Shown piece after piece: positions 1-13,339 of a stretch of DNA of 64,000 nucleotides. This stretch comes from Eledone cirrhosa (taxonomy: Eukaryota): assembly GCA_964016885.1 (NCBI GenBank), contig OZ024759.1, forward strand, positions 3,844,001 through 3,908,000, written 5' to 3'. How positions within the stretch are numbered: position 1 is the stretch's first letter; every line of letters starts with the position of its first letter. Both the position numbers and the translations under genes were made by a program. The notes beneath the pieces are model-generated. The model saw nothing but the letters and a program-made list of their open reading frames with translations, had not been told where the DNA came from and did no database searches.

Positions 1-1656
1 ACAGTGTCTGTGTCTACAGTGTCTGTGTGTCTACAATGTCTGTGTCTACAGTGTCTGTATGTCTACAGTGTCTGTGTGTCTACAGTGTGTGTGTGTCTAC
101 AGTGTCTGTGTGTCTACAGTGTCTGTGTGCCTACAATGTCTGTGTGTCTACAGTGTCTGTGTCTACAGTGTCTGTGTGTCTACAATGTCTGTGTGTCTAC
201 AGTGTGTGTGTCTACAGTGTCTGTGTGTCTACAGTGTCTGTGTGTCTACAGTGTCTGTGTCTACAGTGTCTGTGTCTACAGTGTCTGTGTGTCTACAGTG
301 TCTGTGTGTCTACAGTGTCTGTGTGCCTACAATGTCTGTGTGTCTACAGTGTCTGTGTCTACAGTGTCTGTGTCTACAGTGTCTGTGTGTCTACAATGTC
401 TGTGTGTCTACAATGTCTGTGTGTCTACAGTGTCTGTGTGTCTACAGTGTCTGTGTGTCTACAGTTTCTGTGTCTACAGTGTCTGAGTCTACAGTGCCTG
501 TGTCTACAGTGTCTGTGTGTCTACAGTGTCTGTGTCTACAGTGTCTGAGTCTACAATGTCTGTGTGTCTACAATGCCTGTGTCTACAGTGTCCGTGTGTC
601 TGTGTCTACAGTGTCTGAGTCTACAATGCATGTGTGTCTACAGTGTCTGTGCCTACAATGCCTGTGTCTACAGTGTCTGTGTGTCTACAGTGTCTGTGTC
701 TACAGTGTCTGTGTCTACAGTGTCTGAGTCTACAATGTCTGTGTGTCTACAGTGTCTGTGTCTACAATGTCTGTGTCTACAGTGTCCGTGTGTCTGTCTA
801 CAGTGTCTGTGTGTCTACAGTGTCTGTGTCCACAGTGACTGTGTGTCTACAGTGTCTGTGTGTCTACAATATGTGTCTACAGTGTCCGTGTGTCTGTCTA
901 CAGTGTCTGTTTGTCTACAGTGTCTGTGTCTACAGTGTCTGTGTCTACAGTGTCTGTGTCTCTACATTGTCTGTGTGTCTACAATGTCTGTGTCTACAGT
1001 GTCTGGGTGTCTACAGTGTCTGTGTGGCTACAATGTCTGTGTGTCTACAGTGTCTGTGGTTCTACAGTGTCTGTGTGTCTGTGTGGCTACAATGTCTGTG
1101 TGTCTACAGTGTCTTAGTCAACAGTTTCTGTGTCAACAGTGTCTGTGTGTCTACAATGTCTGTGTCTACAGTGTCTGTATGTCTACAGTGTCTGTGTGTC
1201 TACAGTGTGTGTGTGTCTACAGTGTCTGTGTGTCTACAGTGTCTGTGTGCCTACAATGTCTGTGTGTCTACAGTGTCTGTGTCTACAGTGTCTGTGTGTC
1301 TACAATGTCTGTGTGTCTACAGTGTGTGTGTCTACAGTGTCTGTGTGTCTACAGTGTCTGTGTGTCTACAGTGTCTGTGTCTACAGTGTCTGTGTCTACA
1401 GTGTCTGTGTGTCTACAGTGTCTGTGTGTCTACAGTGTCTGTGTGCCTACAATGTCTGTGTGTCTACAGTGTCTGTGTCTACAGTGTCTGTGTCTACAGT
1501 GTCTGTGTCTACAGTGTCTGTGTGTCTACAATGTCTGTGTGTCTACAATGTCTGTGTGTCTACAGTGTCTGTGTGTCTACAGTGTCTGTGTGTCTACAGT
1601 GTCTGTGTGTCTACAGTTTCTGTGTCTACAGTGTCAGTGTCTACAGTGTCTGTGTC
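1..1656. repeat. Minisatellite, 14-16 bp unit GTCTACAGTGTCT(GT)1-2, with a higher-order block duplication (~1-480 repeated at ~1136-1630)
   Basis: Direct reading; the ORFs 4..1778 are repeat translations. Confidence 0.95.
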
Positions 1657-2700
1657 CCACTGTCCCTCTATATTGTCCGACTCTAAATGCTCTTCCTTAC
1701 TGTCGAAAGCATCAAGTAATATGCTTTGAAATTTATTTCTGGCTGTGGGGTCCTTTAGCTTCCATATTTTTCTCTTGAGGATAGTCCTCTTCTGCTGTCG
1801 AGTACGTCTCGTCCTGACTATGAGGTCGCTAATTATCAGTCTATGTTGGGAGGTGCTTTCTTCATGGGGGAGGGATTTAGTGTTTACAACAGACACTCTG
1901 TCACGTCTTCTGGTAAGGATATAATCTACCTGGCTGGTATGTTCCCCTGATCTGTAGATGATCAAGCGATTGTCTCGTTTTTTGAAGTTAGTGTTACAGA
2001 TAGTTAGCCTATTTGCGTCACAGAATTCCAGGGTTCTGGAGCCTTCCTCATTTCTAGTACCAAACCCATAGCCTCCGTGGATTCCGTCATAACCGTCACA
2101 ATGTTGTCCAATGTGACCATTTAGGTCGCCAGCAATAGTTATATAGTCACTGTCGGTTATTTGGGAGGTAGTGAGCATCAGTGTCTCATAGAATCTGTCT
2201 TTTATAGCGCCAGGCAGTCCGGATTGGGGCGCGTACGCAGATATTACTGTCACAGTAGTACTATTTTGAACAAGTCTTATTTTAATTATTCTGTCATTCA
2301 CTCTATTTACGTCTATTATCTTATCCACCCATTTTTCTGCTAACATGATTCCTACCCCACCCAGCCCATTGTCATTTCCCAGCCAGAAAAGCTTATAGCA
2401 TCGTTTTTACCCACAATGAATCTAGCAGACCCGCCCCTCCACCTGATCTCTTGGATACAGCAAACATCAACCTCCTTACGTTCAAGCATTTCTACAACCT
2501 CGTTAGAGCGGCCTTTTAAGGTGCCTACATTCATGGTACCAACTCTGAAGTTTTGGATTGCGTTTGGTGGGTAGAGCGCAGGGAGGGGTGAGGGGGATGG
2601 GGTTGGGGTTATGTTGGCCATCCGCGGCCGCAACAAAGAGGAGGAGGCCTTGCCCTTTCGTCCGGCAGCATGACGTGAATTTGTCGTTATCTTTGGCATT
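1657..2700 (-). mobile_element. RTE-clade LINE 5' fragment (APE endonuclease, frameshifted)
   Basis: ORFs 2352..2699 and 1594..2346 contain RVGTMNVGTL, CCIQE, SAYAPQ, AGDLNGH, QVDYIL, SQHRL; homologous to 36428..37717. Confidence 0.93.
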
Positions 2701-3024
2701 GTCTTCGAGTGTCCAGATTCTTCAGACTCTCCAGAAATTACTTAGTCCATCCATCATATCGAAAAGTAACCAGAAGTGATAGCATAGGCCGTTGACTTGT
2801 GATTGGTCCAAATAATAAAGGTGGAGAGTGGGGGAGGGAGGGGTATGGGGTAGTTAGCGAGGAGAAGATTATTTAGAACAGTCAGACAGAATTATAGAAT
2901 AGCAATTATGAAGTAGGATTTGGATTCTGGGCGATTATAGATATATGGATGAATGAACTGAAGGGTGGGAGACAAGAAGAAAATGTTATTTATACATTAC
3001 ATTTCATATGTATATTTATATATT

Positions 3025-3066
<42 letters not shown>

Positions 3067-3067
<1 letters not shown>

Positions 3068-3545
3068 GGAAAAGATGAAACGATATTTCATTTCCCACTC
3101 TTAGTACGGCTGTTACTTAAATATAAGTATGTACACGTACACACATATATGCATACCGACGTACAGTAGTATGTATATATATATATACATACATGCACAC
3201 ATATATATATGCACATATGGATTCACCGAATATTTATTATAATGCTCGGTGTGTTTGTAAACAAACATCCCGTATTAAGCCGTAGTGTCTAGCAACCACC
3301 GTTGCTCGTTTGTAGCCCGTTAATATGCATAAGGTAAGTATATACGTTCAACAATCTGGCAGGAAGGTATACGTTGCTGACGATAGCTAACAAGCTTGAA
3401 ACTAGTACAGCGTTCCTTTGTCAGTGTTGAACAAACGAGCAACGGTGGTTGCTAGACACTACGGCTTAATACGGGATGTTTGTTTACAAACATTATAATA
3501 AATATTATAATAAATATTCGGTGAATCCATACGTGCATATATATA
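3067..3545. mobile_element. Non-autonomous hammerhead-bearing repeat (Penelope pLTR-like) with internal inverted repeat
   Basis: Left end shared with 10645-11050 and 36118-36260; arms ~3215-3312 and ~3431-3535 are inverted copies. Confidence 0.6.
3372..3412 (+). ncRNA. Minimal type I hammerhead ribozyme
   Basis: CGTTG-CTGACGA-tAGCT aaca AGCTt-GAAAC TA GTA-CAGCG; stem I CGTTG/CAGCG, palindromic stem III ACTAGT, GUA triplet. Confidence 0.85.
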
Positions 3546-4103
3546 TTAATCTGTTATTTTAATAAATATTTTCTCTACAGTTCTTATATATTTGATATAT
3601 ATTTATCCTTATTGAGCCCTCTTTGGATTTTAGTCTTCAATTTTATTATTATTACTATATATATATATATATATACACATATAATTGTGTATTCACACAT
3701 TATCTTAGTAATGATATAATAATTTTAGTAAATTGTTCAAAATTCTTCATTAACCATTTTGGTAGAAACCCAGCCAAAATAGGTTCTCGTTATATGGAAA
3801 TGGTTCCTATCTAAATTAAAGTCTTCCAACGAAATTCTATATAACAACCATATGTTATGTTACTATGTTAGTAATTAACTAACAATTGTGATAAATAGCC
3901 CAAATTATTCATAATTAATTGAAATACGAGGTTCATAATTATAATAAAATCTTCGAACAGGCTACGAAGCCGGTAAACCTTAAAGGTACGCAACACACAC
4001 ATCGCTATAGCGTTTCACCAGCCAATTCATTCCTCAATCATTACATAGATGTGTGTGCATGTAATAAATATTTTGTATTGTGTCTATTTATGAATATGTA
4101 TGA

Positions 4104-5457
4104 GTAGATGTGTGTGTGTGTGTAACACAGTAGATGTGTGTGTGTGTGTAACACAGTAGATGTGTGTGTATATAACACAGTAGATGTGTGTATATCACAC
4201 AGTACATGTGTGTGTATGTAACTCAGTAGATGTGTGTGTATGTAACCCAGTAGATGTATGTGTATGTAACTCAGTAGATGTGTGTGTATGTAATACAGTA
4301 GATGTGGGTATGTAACACAGTAGATGTGTGTATGTAACATAGTAGATGTGTGTATGTAACACAGTAGATGTGTGTGTATATAACACAGTAGATGTTTGTG
4401 TATGTAACACAGTAGATGTGTGTAACACAGTAGATGTGTGTGTATGTAACACAATAGATGTGTGTGTATGTAACACAGTAGATGTGTGTGTATGTAACAC
4501 AGTAGATGTGTGTGTATGTAACATAGTAGATGTGTGTATGTAACACAGTAGATGTGTGTATTGTAACACAATAGATGTGTGTGTATGTAACACTGTAGAT
4601 CTCTGTATATGTAACACAGTAGATGTGTGTATGTAACACAGTAGATGTGTGTGTATGTAATACAGTAGGTGTGTGTGTATGTAACACAGTAGATGTGTGT
4701 GTATGTAACACAGTAGATGTGTGTGTATGTAACACAGTAGATGTGTGTGTATGTAACACAGTAGATGTGAGTGTATGTAACTCAGTAGATGTGAGTGTAT
4801 GTAACCCAGTAGATGTGTGTAACACAATAGATGTGTGTGTATATAACACAATAGATGTGTGTGTATGTAACACAGTAGATGTGTGTGTATGTAACACAGT
4901 AGATGTGTTTGTATGTAACACAGTAGATGTGTGTGTATGTAACACATTAGATGTGTGTGTCTGTAACACAGTAGATGTGTGTGTATGTAACACAATAGAT
5001 GTGTGTGTATATAACACAGTAGAAACGTGTGTTTATGTAACACAGTAGATGTGTGTGTATGTAACCCAGTAGATGTGTGCGTATATAACCCAGTAGATGT
5101 GTGTATGTAACACAGTAGATGTATGTGTATGTAACACAGTAGATGTATGTGTATGTAACCCAGTAGATGTGTGTATGTAAGACAGTAGATGTGTGTGTAT
5201 CTAAGACAGTAGATGTGTGCATGTAACACAGTAGATGTGTGTGTATGTAACACAGTAGATGTGTGTGTATGTAACACAATAGATGTGTGTGTATGTAACA
5301 CTGTAGATCTCTGTATATGTAACACAGTAGATGTGTGTATGTAACACAGTAGATGTGTGTGTATGTAACACAGTAGGTGTGTGTGTATGTAACACAGTAG
5401 ATGTGTGTGTATGTAAGACAGTAGATGTGTGTGTATGTAACACAGTAGATGTATATA
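4104..5457. repeat. Minisatellite, ~18-24 bp unit TAACACAGTAGAT(GT)nATG
   Basis: Direct reading; same unit and flanks as 59052-63912. Confidence 0.95.
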
Positions 5458-6296
5458 TAACTAAAGTGTAACGTAAGTTAAAATGGACGACAAAATGACT
5501 TTAACTTGTTTTTTAACAATTGATGGTGGAAAAGATTTTAAATTGTCTTAACTCAGACCATAAAGGGCTGCAACACATGGTGTTTGACACTCTTACCGGC
5601 TACATAGCCAGGGATTCTATTTTACGGGGTCCGGTTACATAGCTTCTTCTTAAAAATCTTCCAACATAATTTTATACAAGAACCACATGTTAAGTTACTA
5701 ATAAAATAATTAATAATTAAAAACTTCAGTAAATCCTTCAAATGATATCTCAGTAATGAAATAATTAATAATTGTTATAAATACCTCAAAATTCCTCATT
5801 AATTAAACCCCAGACAGGTAAAAACTCCAGAGTCTTTCAGTCGGACATGAAACAAATTCATTTCTAATGGAAAAAGTAAAGATTGTAAAGTCAGCCAAGG
5901 GAGATCACTCTCAGCGACTTATTGTAAATCTTGTTCGTGAATTAATCCGGATTAAATTATTCTGGTGTATTTTGTGTGGAGGAAACCGGGTTTACGCGGT
6001 GATAGCGCGTAATTCAAGAACGTATGGTTCGTGAGACCGGGTAGTCTGTGCGTTGGCCCCTTGAACAAAACATTTCTCCCAGCTGGCAAAACTAATAAGT
6101 TGTACCAGTAATTATAGGGTAACGTTGTTACATAGAATTGTCACACTGAATCTCTCTGAGAACAATGTCAACGATACACGTGTCAATGAAATACCCAGAC
6201 GCATTATAATATAAGATGGATTCTATATGTATTTAAAAAGGAAGGCATGTCACACGTTTTGTCTCGCTGAATCTCCCTGTGAACTATGTAAATACT

Positions 6297-7242
6297 AGTG
6301 ACTATCAGACATAGTGTATCTCGGACTACATTATCTAATGTACAGTACAGTAGTTAGTATTAGTGGTTATCAGACATAGTATATCTAGGACTACATTATC
6401 TAATGTACAGTACAGTAGTCAGTATTACTGGCTATCAGACATAGTGTATCTAGGACTACATTATCTAATGTACAGTACAGTAGTTAGTATTAGTGACTAT
6501 CAGACATAGTGTATCTAGGACTACATTATCTAATGTACAATACAGTAGTTAGTATCAGTGGCTATCAGACATAGTGTATCTAGGACTACATTATCTAATG
6601 TACAGTACAGTAGTTAGTATTAGTGGCTATCAGACATAGTGTATCTAGGACTACATTATCTAATGTACAGTACAGTAGTTAGTATTAGTGGCTATCAGAC
6701 ATAGTATATCTAGGACTACATTATCTAATGTACAGTACAGTAGTTAGTATTAGTGGCTATCAGACAGTGTATCTAGGACTACATTACCTAATGTACAGTA
6801 CAGTAGTTAGTATTAGTGGCTATCAGACATAGTGTATCTAAGACTACCTTATCTAATGTACAATATAGTAGTTAGTATTACTGGCTATCAGACATAGTGT
6901 ATCTAGGAATACATTATCTAATGTACAATATAGTAGTTAGTATTACTGGCTATCAGGCATAGTGTATCTAGGAATACATTACCTATTGTACAGTGTAGTA
7001 GTTAGTATTAGTGGCTACCAGACATAGTGTATCTAGGACTACATTACATAATGTACAGTACAGTAATCAGTATTAGAGGCTATCAGAGATAGTGTATCTA
7101 GGACTACATTATCTAATGTACAGTACAGTAGTTAGTATTAGTGGCTATCAGGCATAGTGTATCTAGGACTACATTATCTAATATACAGTACAGTAGTTAG
7201 TATTAGTGGCTATCAGGCATAGTGTATCTAAGACTACATTAT
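6297..7242. repeat. 65-bp tandem repeat, ~14.5 copies
   Basis: Unit TAGTGGCTATCAGACATAGTGTATCTAGGACTACATTATCTAATGTACAGTACAGTAGTTAGTAT. Confidence 0.93.
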
Positions 7243-7757
7243 CTTAACTGCACATAGCATCCAACCCTGACAGTATGGTGTCCTGGAAATATGTACATTC
7301 AAAGCAGAGACCTCACTCTTCAGTTGGTCCTCTTCACAATCTCCACACAAGCCAGGTTACTGACGACCCAAGAAATGCACAGAATTCATTGTTGAAAGAA
7401 ATGGAGGCATTTTCACTGTTGAAGACCAAAATGTACCATCTCCACCACCTCTGACATCAGATTCTATTACAACTATGGAATTTAGACCTGCAATGCCACC
7501 TTACAAAACCTCTACGTAGTCTTTCTAACTGCTAGAAATAGCAGCGATATTATCCATTACAACTTCGTTTTTTTGTTTAAAATATCCAAAGTTTAGTTAT
7601 GAAATCAACAGCAAGTCCTTTGCACAGACTTCGGAATAAACTCGAAGACCGTCAAAATATCATTCTCCTTCTCTCTCTCTTTAAACAAAGAATAGCTGCT
7701 TTCAACCTTAACGGGATCTTCTGAAACTCATTATTTTAATCAATAGTTGCTCTACGG

Positions 7758-7809
<52 letters not shown>

Positions 7810-7867
7810 GTAATTCCGTCGGAAAAGTGCAGGAAAAAAGAGTGCTCTATGTAGGCAACAGAGCTTA

Positions 7868-8107
7868 ATTATTATTATGTAATAAACAACATAAGGCAAT
7901 TATTCCATTTACCAGTGGTTTCTTAAAAGCAAAAGGTTTTGCTTTCAATCCTCAGAATGAAAAAATCCTGGTTTGTTTATTGAATTTGGATTTTAAAAAA
8001 CAAAAATGCAAACTATATGAAAGTGAGGCTGGAGAAGGGAGAAGGAAAGGAAAAATAAAATAAAACTACACATGCAAACACACACACAAAAACACAAAAG
8101 CATACAT

Positions 8108-8178
<71 letters not shown>

Positions 8179-8426
8179 CACATATATATAAAAAAAAACA
8201 TTGACACTCCTATGATAAATCAACCGCCTTGAAATCCTTCCCTGCTCTTTACTTCTGCTACGGTTTTTATTTTGCTGATTCTACGTTCTGTACTCTTGTA
8301 TATTTACTTATTTTTTTCTCCCTTACCTCCCCTTATATTTTACCTTTTCTTATGCCCCCCCCCCATATATTCTGTTTGCCTTGCCCTTCACATACCTATG
8401 TGTATGTGTATGTATATTTGTGTGTA

Positions 8427-8495
<69 letters not shown>

Positions 8496-9005
8496 GTGTG
8501 TGTATGTGTATGTGTGTATATATATGTATATATTTGTGTGTGTGTATGTATATGTGGATAAACCAGGGTTTTTTTCATTCTGAAGATTGAAGGAAAAATT
8601 TTTTGCTTTTAAGAAACCACTGGTGAATGGAATAATTGCCTTATGTTGCTTTATTACTTTACTACTATATATACGTATATGTAAGGTTCATATGAATTAT
8701 CTAAGACTGAGTCTTACACATACACACATGTATGTGTGTGTGTATGTGTATGCATGTGTATATATATGTATGTATATGTATGTATGTATATATATATATA
8801 TATATATGTGTATATATATATATGTATATATATATGTGTATATGTATGCGTGTGTATGTATATATGTATGTGTCTGTGTTTGTGTTTGTATTTGGTTGTG
8901 CGTGTTTATGATATGTACGTATTTGTATGTGTATAATTGTTTAGCTATGTATGTATATGTGTGTGTATGTATACGTATGTGTGTGTGTGTGCGTTTATAT
9001 TTATG

Positions 9006-9076
<71 letters not shown>

Positions 9077-9486
9077 ATATAATTACATATACATATGTGT
9101 GTGTATATATTGTATACGTGTGCGTATTTGTGCATGTATGTGCATGTATGTGTTTATGTATTTGTATATGTATATTTATGTGTGAGAGTGTGTGTATGTG
9201 TTTACGATTTCGTACGTATGTATACGTGCATTTGTGTGTATTACTTACCACGCGTGTCTGTCCAGTTAGCTGCCTTATGTAATGGTGTCAAAAAATTTTT
9301 TTAATATATATATATATTTTTTCTTATATTTATTTGCGTGTGTGAATATGTAGAGGAGTGCATTTATGTATGTGTATGTACGTATGTATATATGTATGAT
9401 TGTGTGAATGTATGTATGTATATATGTGTGTGTGTATGGCTATGTTTGTGTATGTGTATGCTTGTACACACATATATATATATGTA

Positions 9487-9539
<53 letters not shown>

Positions 9540-9648
9540 ATATGTGTGTGTGTATGTGTATGTATGCGTGTATGTATGTGTATATGTGTATGTATGTGCA
9601 TGTGTATATTTGTGTATGTATATATATATATGTGTATATGTATATATG

Positions 9649-9679
<31 letters not shown>

Positions 9680-9920
9680 ATGTATGCTTTTGTGTTTTTT
9701 TGTGTGTGTGTTTGCATGTGTAGTTTTATTTTATTTTTCCTTTCCTTCTTCCTTCTCCAGCCTCACTTTCATATAGATTGCATTTTTGTTTTTTAAAATC
9801 CAAATTCAATAAACAAACCAGGATTTTTTCATTCTGAGGATTGAAAGCAAAACCTTTTGCTTTTAAGAAACCACTGGTAAATGGAATAATTGCCTTATCT
9901 TGTTTATTACATAATAATAT
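7868..9920. mobile_element. Element bounded by ~260-bp inverted repeats around (TA)/(TG) microsatellites; third partial copy at 8558-8660
   Basis: 7868-8130 is the reverse complement of ~9660-9919. Confidence 0.7.
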
Positions 9921-10757
9921 TTTACATGGTAGACATTATTTGAATTTTGAAAATGTGAGACCAGAGAAATTGCTTCATGTGACACTGTAAGAAAACATTA
10001 AAAAATGAAATGTATATCTTCTTCTTTATCATTAAGTATGTCAGCAGCAGCAGCACCACACACACACACACATATATATATACAGAGAGAGAGAGAGAGA
10101 AGAGAGAGAGTAGTTAATAATAAATACAAAGACCAAAATCTAGAGAGGGCTCAATAAGATAAGAGTTTTATGTATATATATATATATACATATATATGTA
10201 TCATCATCATCATCATCATCATTTTACGTCCACTTTTCCCTGCTTGCGAGGGTGGGACGGAAACTGATTCTGGTTTGATTTCTACAGCTGGATGCCCTTC
10301 CTACCACCAACCTTATTTACAGTGAGTGCTGGGTGCTTTTTTGCTGTGGCACCTCCACGACCACTTTGCAGTGGAATGATAGAGGCCCAAGTCCCTATCA
10401 TCTCATTTCTACAGCTGAGTAAACTGGAGCAATGTGAAATAAAGTGTCTTGCTCAAGGAAACAACACATCACCCGGTTTGAGAATTGAACTCACAACCTT
10501 TCGATTGCAAGGCCAATGCTCTAACCACTAAGCCATAGAGAGAGAGAGAAGTGAGAGAGTAGTTAATAATAAATAGAAACACCAAAATCTGGAGAGGGCT
10601 CAATAAGATAAGAGTTATATATATATATATGTATATATATAAGTTGAAAAAAATGAAAACGAAATTTCATTTCTCACTCTTAGTATGGCACTTACTTAAA
10701 TGTAAGTATGTATGTATACGTACATACATATATGTATACGGACGTACAGTAGCATGC

Positions 10758-10790
<33 letters not shown>

Positions 10791-10943
10791 TACAGGTACA
10801 CATACATATATGCACGCATCAGTTTAGCGGACGCTTATTATAACGCCGCTTTGTTCGTTTGTCAACAAACTGAACAGCCTGAATTTATGCCATACGGTGT
10901 TAAGGTAACCACGTCACCTTTTTGTTCAACACTGACACAGGAA

Positions 10944-10984
10944 CGATGTACTAGTTTCAAGCTTGTTAGCTATCATCAGCACCG
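10944..10984 (-). ncRNA. Minimal type I hammerhead ribozyme (same family as 3372-3412)
   Basis: Minus strand CGGTG-CTGATGA-tAGCT aaca AGCTt-GAAAC TA GTA-CATCG; stem I differs from the first copy but still pairs. Confidence 0.85.
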
Positions 10985-11095
10985 TTTACCTATCTGCCAG
11001 ATAGTTGAACGTTCGAAAGTATATTCTTTCCTTATCAAAATTAACGGCTGAGCAGCCTAATTTGCATATTGAGTGAGTTAAATCGGTCAGGCATC

Positions 11096-11735
11096 AAATT
11101 TGTGTTCTTTTATTTTGTTTTTGATATGCTACCAAGGATTGGGGGTTAGAGTTGTGTTTGCATTCCTGTCCAGTTGTTATATGGTTTGGATGGCTATTCT
11201 AGTAGGCAGATATGAAGCAGGAGGTGCTATTGTTGCTGACATACTAGGGATGGTAAGTAGGTTAAGGTATCAAATTACCAGAGGGGTCAGTCATCACCCC
11301 ACCCCCCGTTCATATATGTTAAAGAATTTGTTCGAATAATCTACTTATTTTTTTGTTTATTTGAACTTTGTTTATTTGTTTGAACTACATAGCTATATAT
11401 CCAGGCTGTGTATTATTAGAGAAGGTGATTCTTGTGTAACTATGTAAGGATGCATTAAATGTATAGATTTAGTCATTATGTTCAGCTCTAGGTGGAAGTT
11501 AGCATGGAATGTGTTAACTATCTAATCTAAGGAAAGTTTTAGATATTTTATGCATACAAGTATTAACTCTTTAGCATTTACATTACTCTGTAATGTATTT
11601 TCTCTGTAAAGTCTTTACCTCACATAATAATCTCACATAATATCAAATCAACAAGATTTTGATATTATTTATTTTGAGAACAATACCTTAACATAAGTAT
11701 GAGCAGCCAGTTACGGCTGGTTTGAACAGAAAAAG
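11096..11735. repeat. Near-identical ~640-bp duplicate of 17339-17978
   Basis: ORFs 11100..11339 and 17344..17583 differ by one residue; DNA matches almost throughout. Confidence 0.9.
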
Positions 11736-11783
11736 GTGAGAGAATTCTGGCCGGATATGGCCGGTTTAAATGCTAAAGGTTAA
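11563..11783. mobile_element. TTAA-flanked MITE (piggyBac-like), TIR CCCTTTAGCATTTA
   Basis: TTAACTCTTTAGCATTTA ... TAAATGCTAAAGGTTAA. Confidence 0.7.
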
Positions 11784-12662
11784 AGTGGTCAGAGCCTTTG
11801 TTAATTACTTCCTGTCTCCTATTAATAATGTGTTGAGCTTCCGTTGTACAGAGATCACAGCCACATGAAAAAGGATTCGCATAAATATGGAAATGCATTT
11901 GTGAGAATACGCCAAGAAAACGAGTACTGTACCTGGTTCTGTTTTAGCCTCCTTATGATTTAGCATAATTTCAGATAGCGCTGTGCTTCTTCTTCTGTCT
12001 ATTCAGTTAAATGAGTGCTGATTGTACCATTTAACATACATACATATGTACATGGTGGCTGCCAACTCGTTTTCGAGTACGGCCACTACTTTATATCCAT
12101 GTAGGAGAACCCCTACCGATGCGCTGAACAATAGTGACTTTTTAGTCCAGCCAGCGACTTGAAAATTCCTGTACAGAGAGATCTCCAGATACAAAGCAAT
12201 GCCTGTGCCGTGAAGCTTTTATAGTGAGCAAAGGCACTGCACAAAGCCAGTCCCACTCTCTTAACTAAGATGATATTTACCAAAAGGAAGAACAAGTCAA
12301 CATCATTGGATACCATCAGGGTTGCAGGTGTAATATTAGAGTTTTCCTTCTCCTAGAATTCTGCCTTGAGAAAGGCTAAGGGGTCATCTCTCCCGGTGAT
12401 TTTGGATGGCCATTGACACTTAAAAGCTCCGTTGCCCTTTCACAGGTTTTGTTTTTAGTCCTGCAGGATGTCCAAAGTCACCCTCCTCACCAAGAAACCT
12501 TGGTGGGGTTACCATTTCAGTCGCTAACGACCCGACCATGAGACAGGTTGTACTGGGATACATGTTACCAGTAGCACCAACTGGTGACCTGACATATGTA
12601 CATATGTACATATATACATACATACATAACCACTTTAAACTAAACAATTTTGTACCCTAGAA

Positions 12663-12981
12663 CAGGGGTGTGCAACATATTCCATTGGCGGGCCACTTTT
12701 GAACATTGGAACAATTATTAGGGCTATTATTATTTATTAAGCACTATTCCGAAGATTCACCACAACTTCTTTCCATAACATGGAACTGGGAAAGTATAAC
12801 ACACATAACCCTATCAGTGAAGCCCTTTAGTATAGGTCAACTAACAGAAAATTGTATTACGGTTATGAAAAAAATTGTAAATAGGCCTACAAGGTAAACA
12901 TTTAAAATGGTCACCGCGGGCCACTTTGACTGGTCTGGCAGGGCGGATTGTGGCCCACGGGCCGCCTGCTACATGCCCCTG
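12663..12981. mobile_element. hAT (Charlie-like) MITE
   Basis: CAGGGG...CCCCTG termini; perfect 8-bp TSD CCCTAGAA on both sides. Confidence 0.88.
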
Positions 12982-13116
12982 CCCTAGAAGCAGGGGCAGT
13001 CTTATGTGGTTTGATGTAAAAAAAATTAAGGACTCATTGATTCTCAACATTTAAGCAGTGTTGTTGTATGAAGGGATGGTTGTGTAAACAACGCTATCTG
13101 GTGGTAGGTTACTAAC

Positions 13117-13254
13117 CTGTCTGGCAGTTACTTCCCTTGTAACCAACTGCACATCCTCCACTTGAACATATCCCTGACACTATATTACATTTACTGTTGT
13201 CTGCACAGTGGCACATATACTTGCAGTTAGGACCAAATGAACCAGATGCACACA
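13117..13254 (-). CDS. EGF-like exon (8th visible) of the EGF/F-lectin gene
   Basis: AG..GT, 138 bp, phase 1-1: VCASGSFGPNCKYMCHCADNSKCNIVSGICSSGGCAVGYKGSNCQT. Confidence 0.9.
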
Positions 13255-13339
13255 CTGCAATGGAATAAAGCAACAACAACAGAAAACATGAGGATGAAGA
13301 AGAAAAAGAGACAATTATACAGACAGATGCACATGCATA

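Noticed and set aside
1-1778. Long Cys/Val/Ser-rich ORFs, and the His/Thr/Tyr-rich ORFs at 4-5 kb, 8-9.8 kb and 59-64 kb
   Set aside because: They are translations of stop-poor simple repeats, open in several frames at once.
6297-7242. Regular arrays that could resemble CRISPR (also 14490-15755, 21800-23147, 46707-47150, 48047-49635)
   Set aside because: Units are head-to-tail with no unique spacers, there are no cas genes, and the context is eukaryotic.
7359-7385. CTGACGA...GAAA motif
   Set aside because: There is no stem II, no NUH triplet and no stem I.
9863-9984. Possible terminal exon (TTTTCTTACAG acceptor, in-frame VSHEAISLVSHF..., TAA inside a repeat)
   Set aside because: No recognisable domain and it runs into repeat sequence; it cannot be supported without transcripts.
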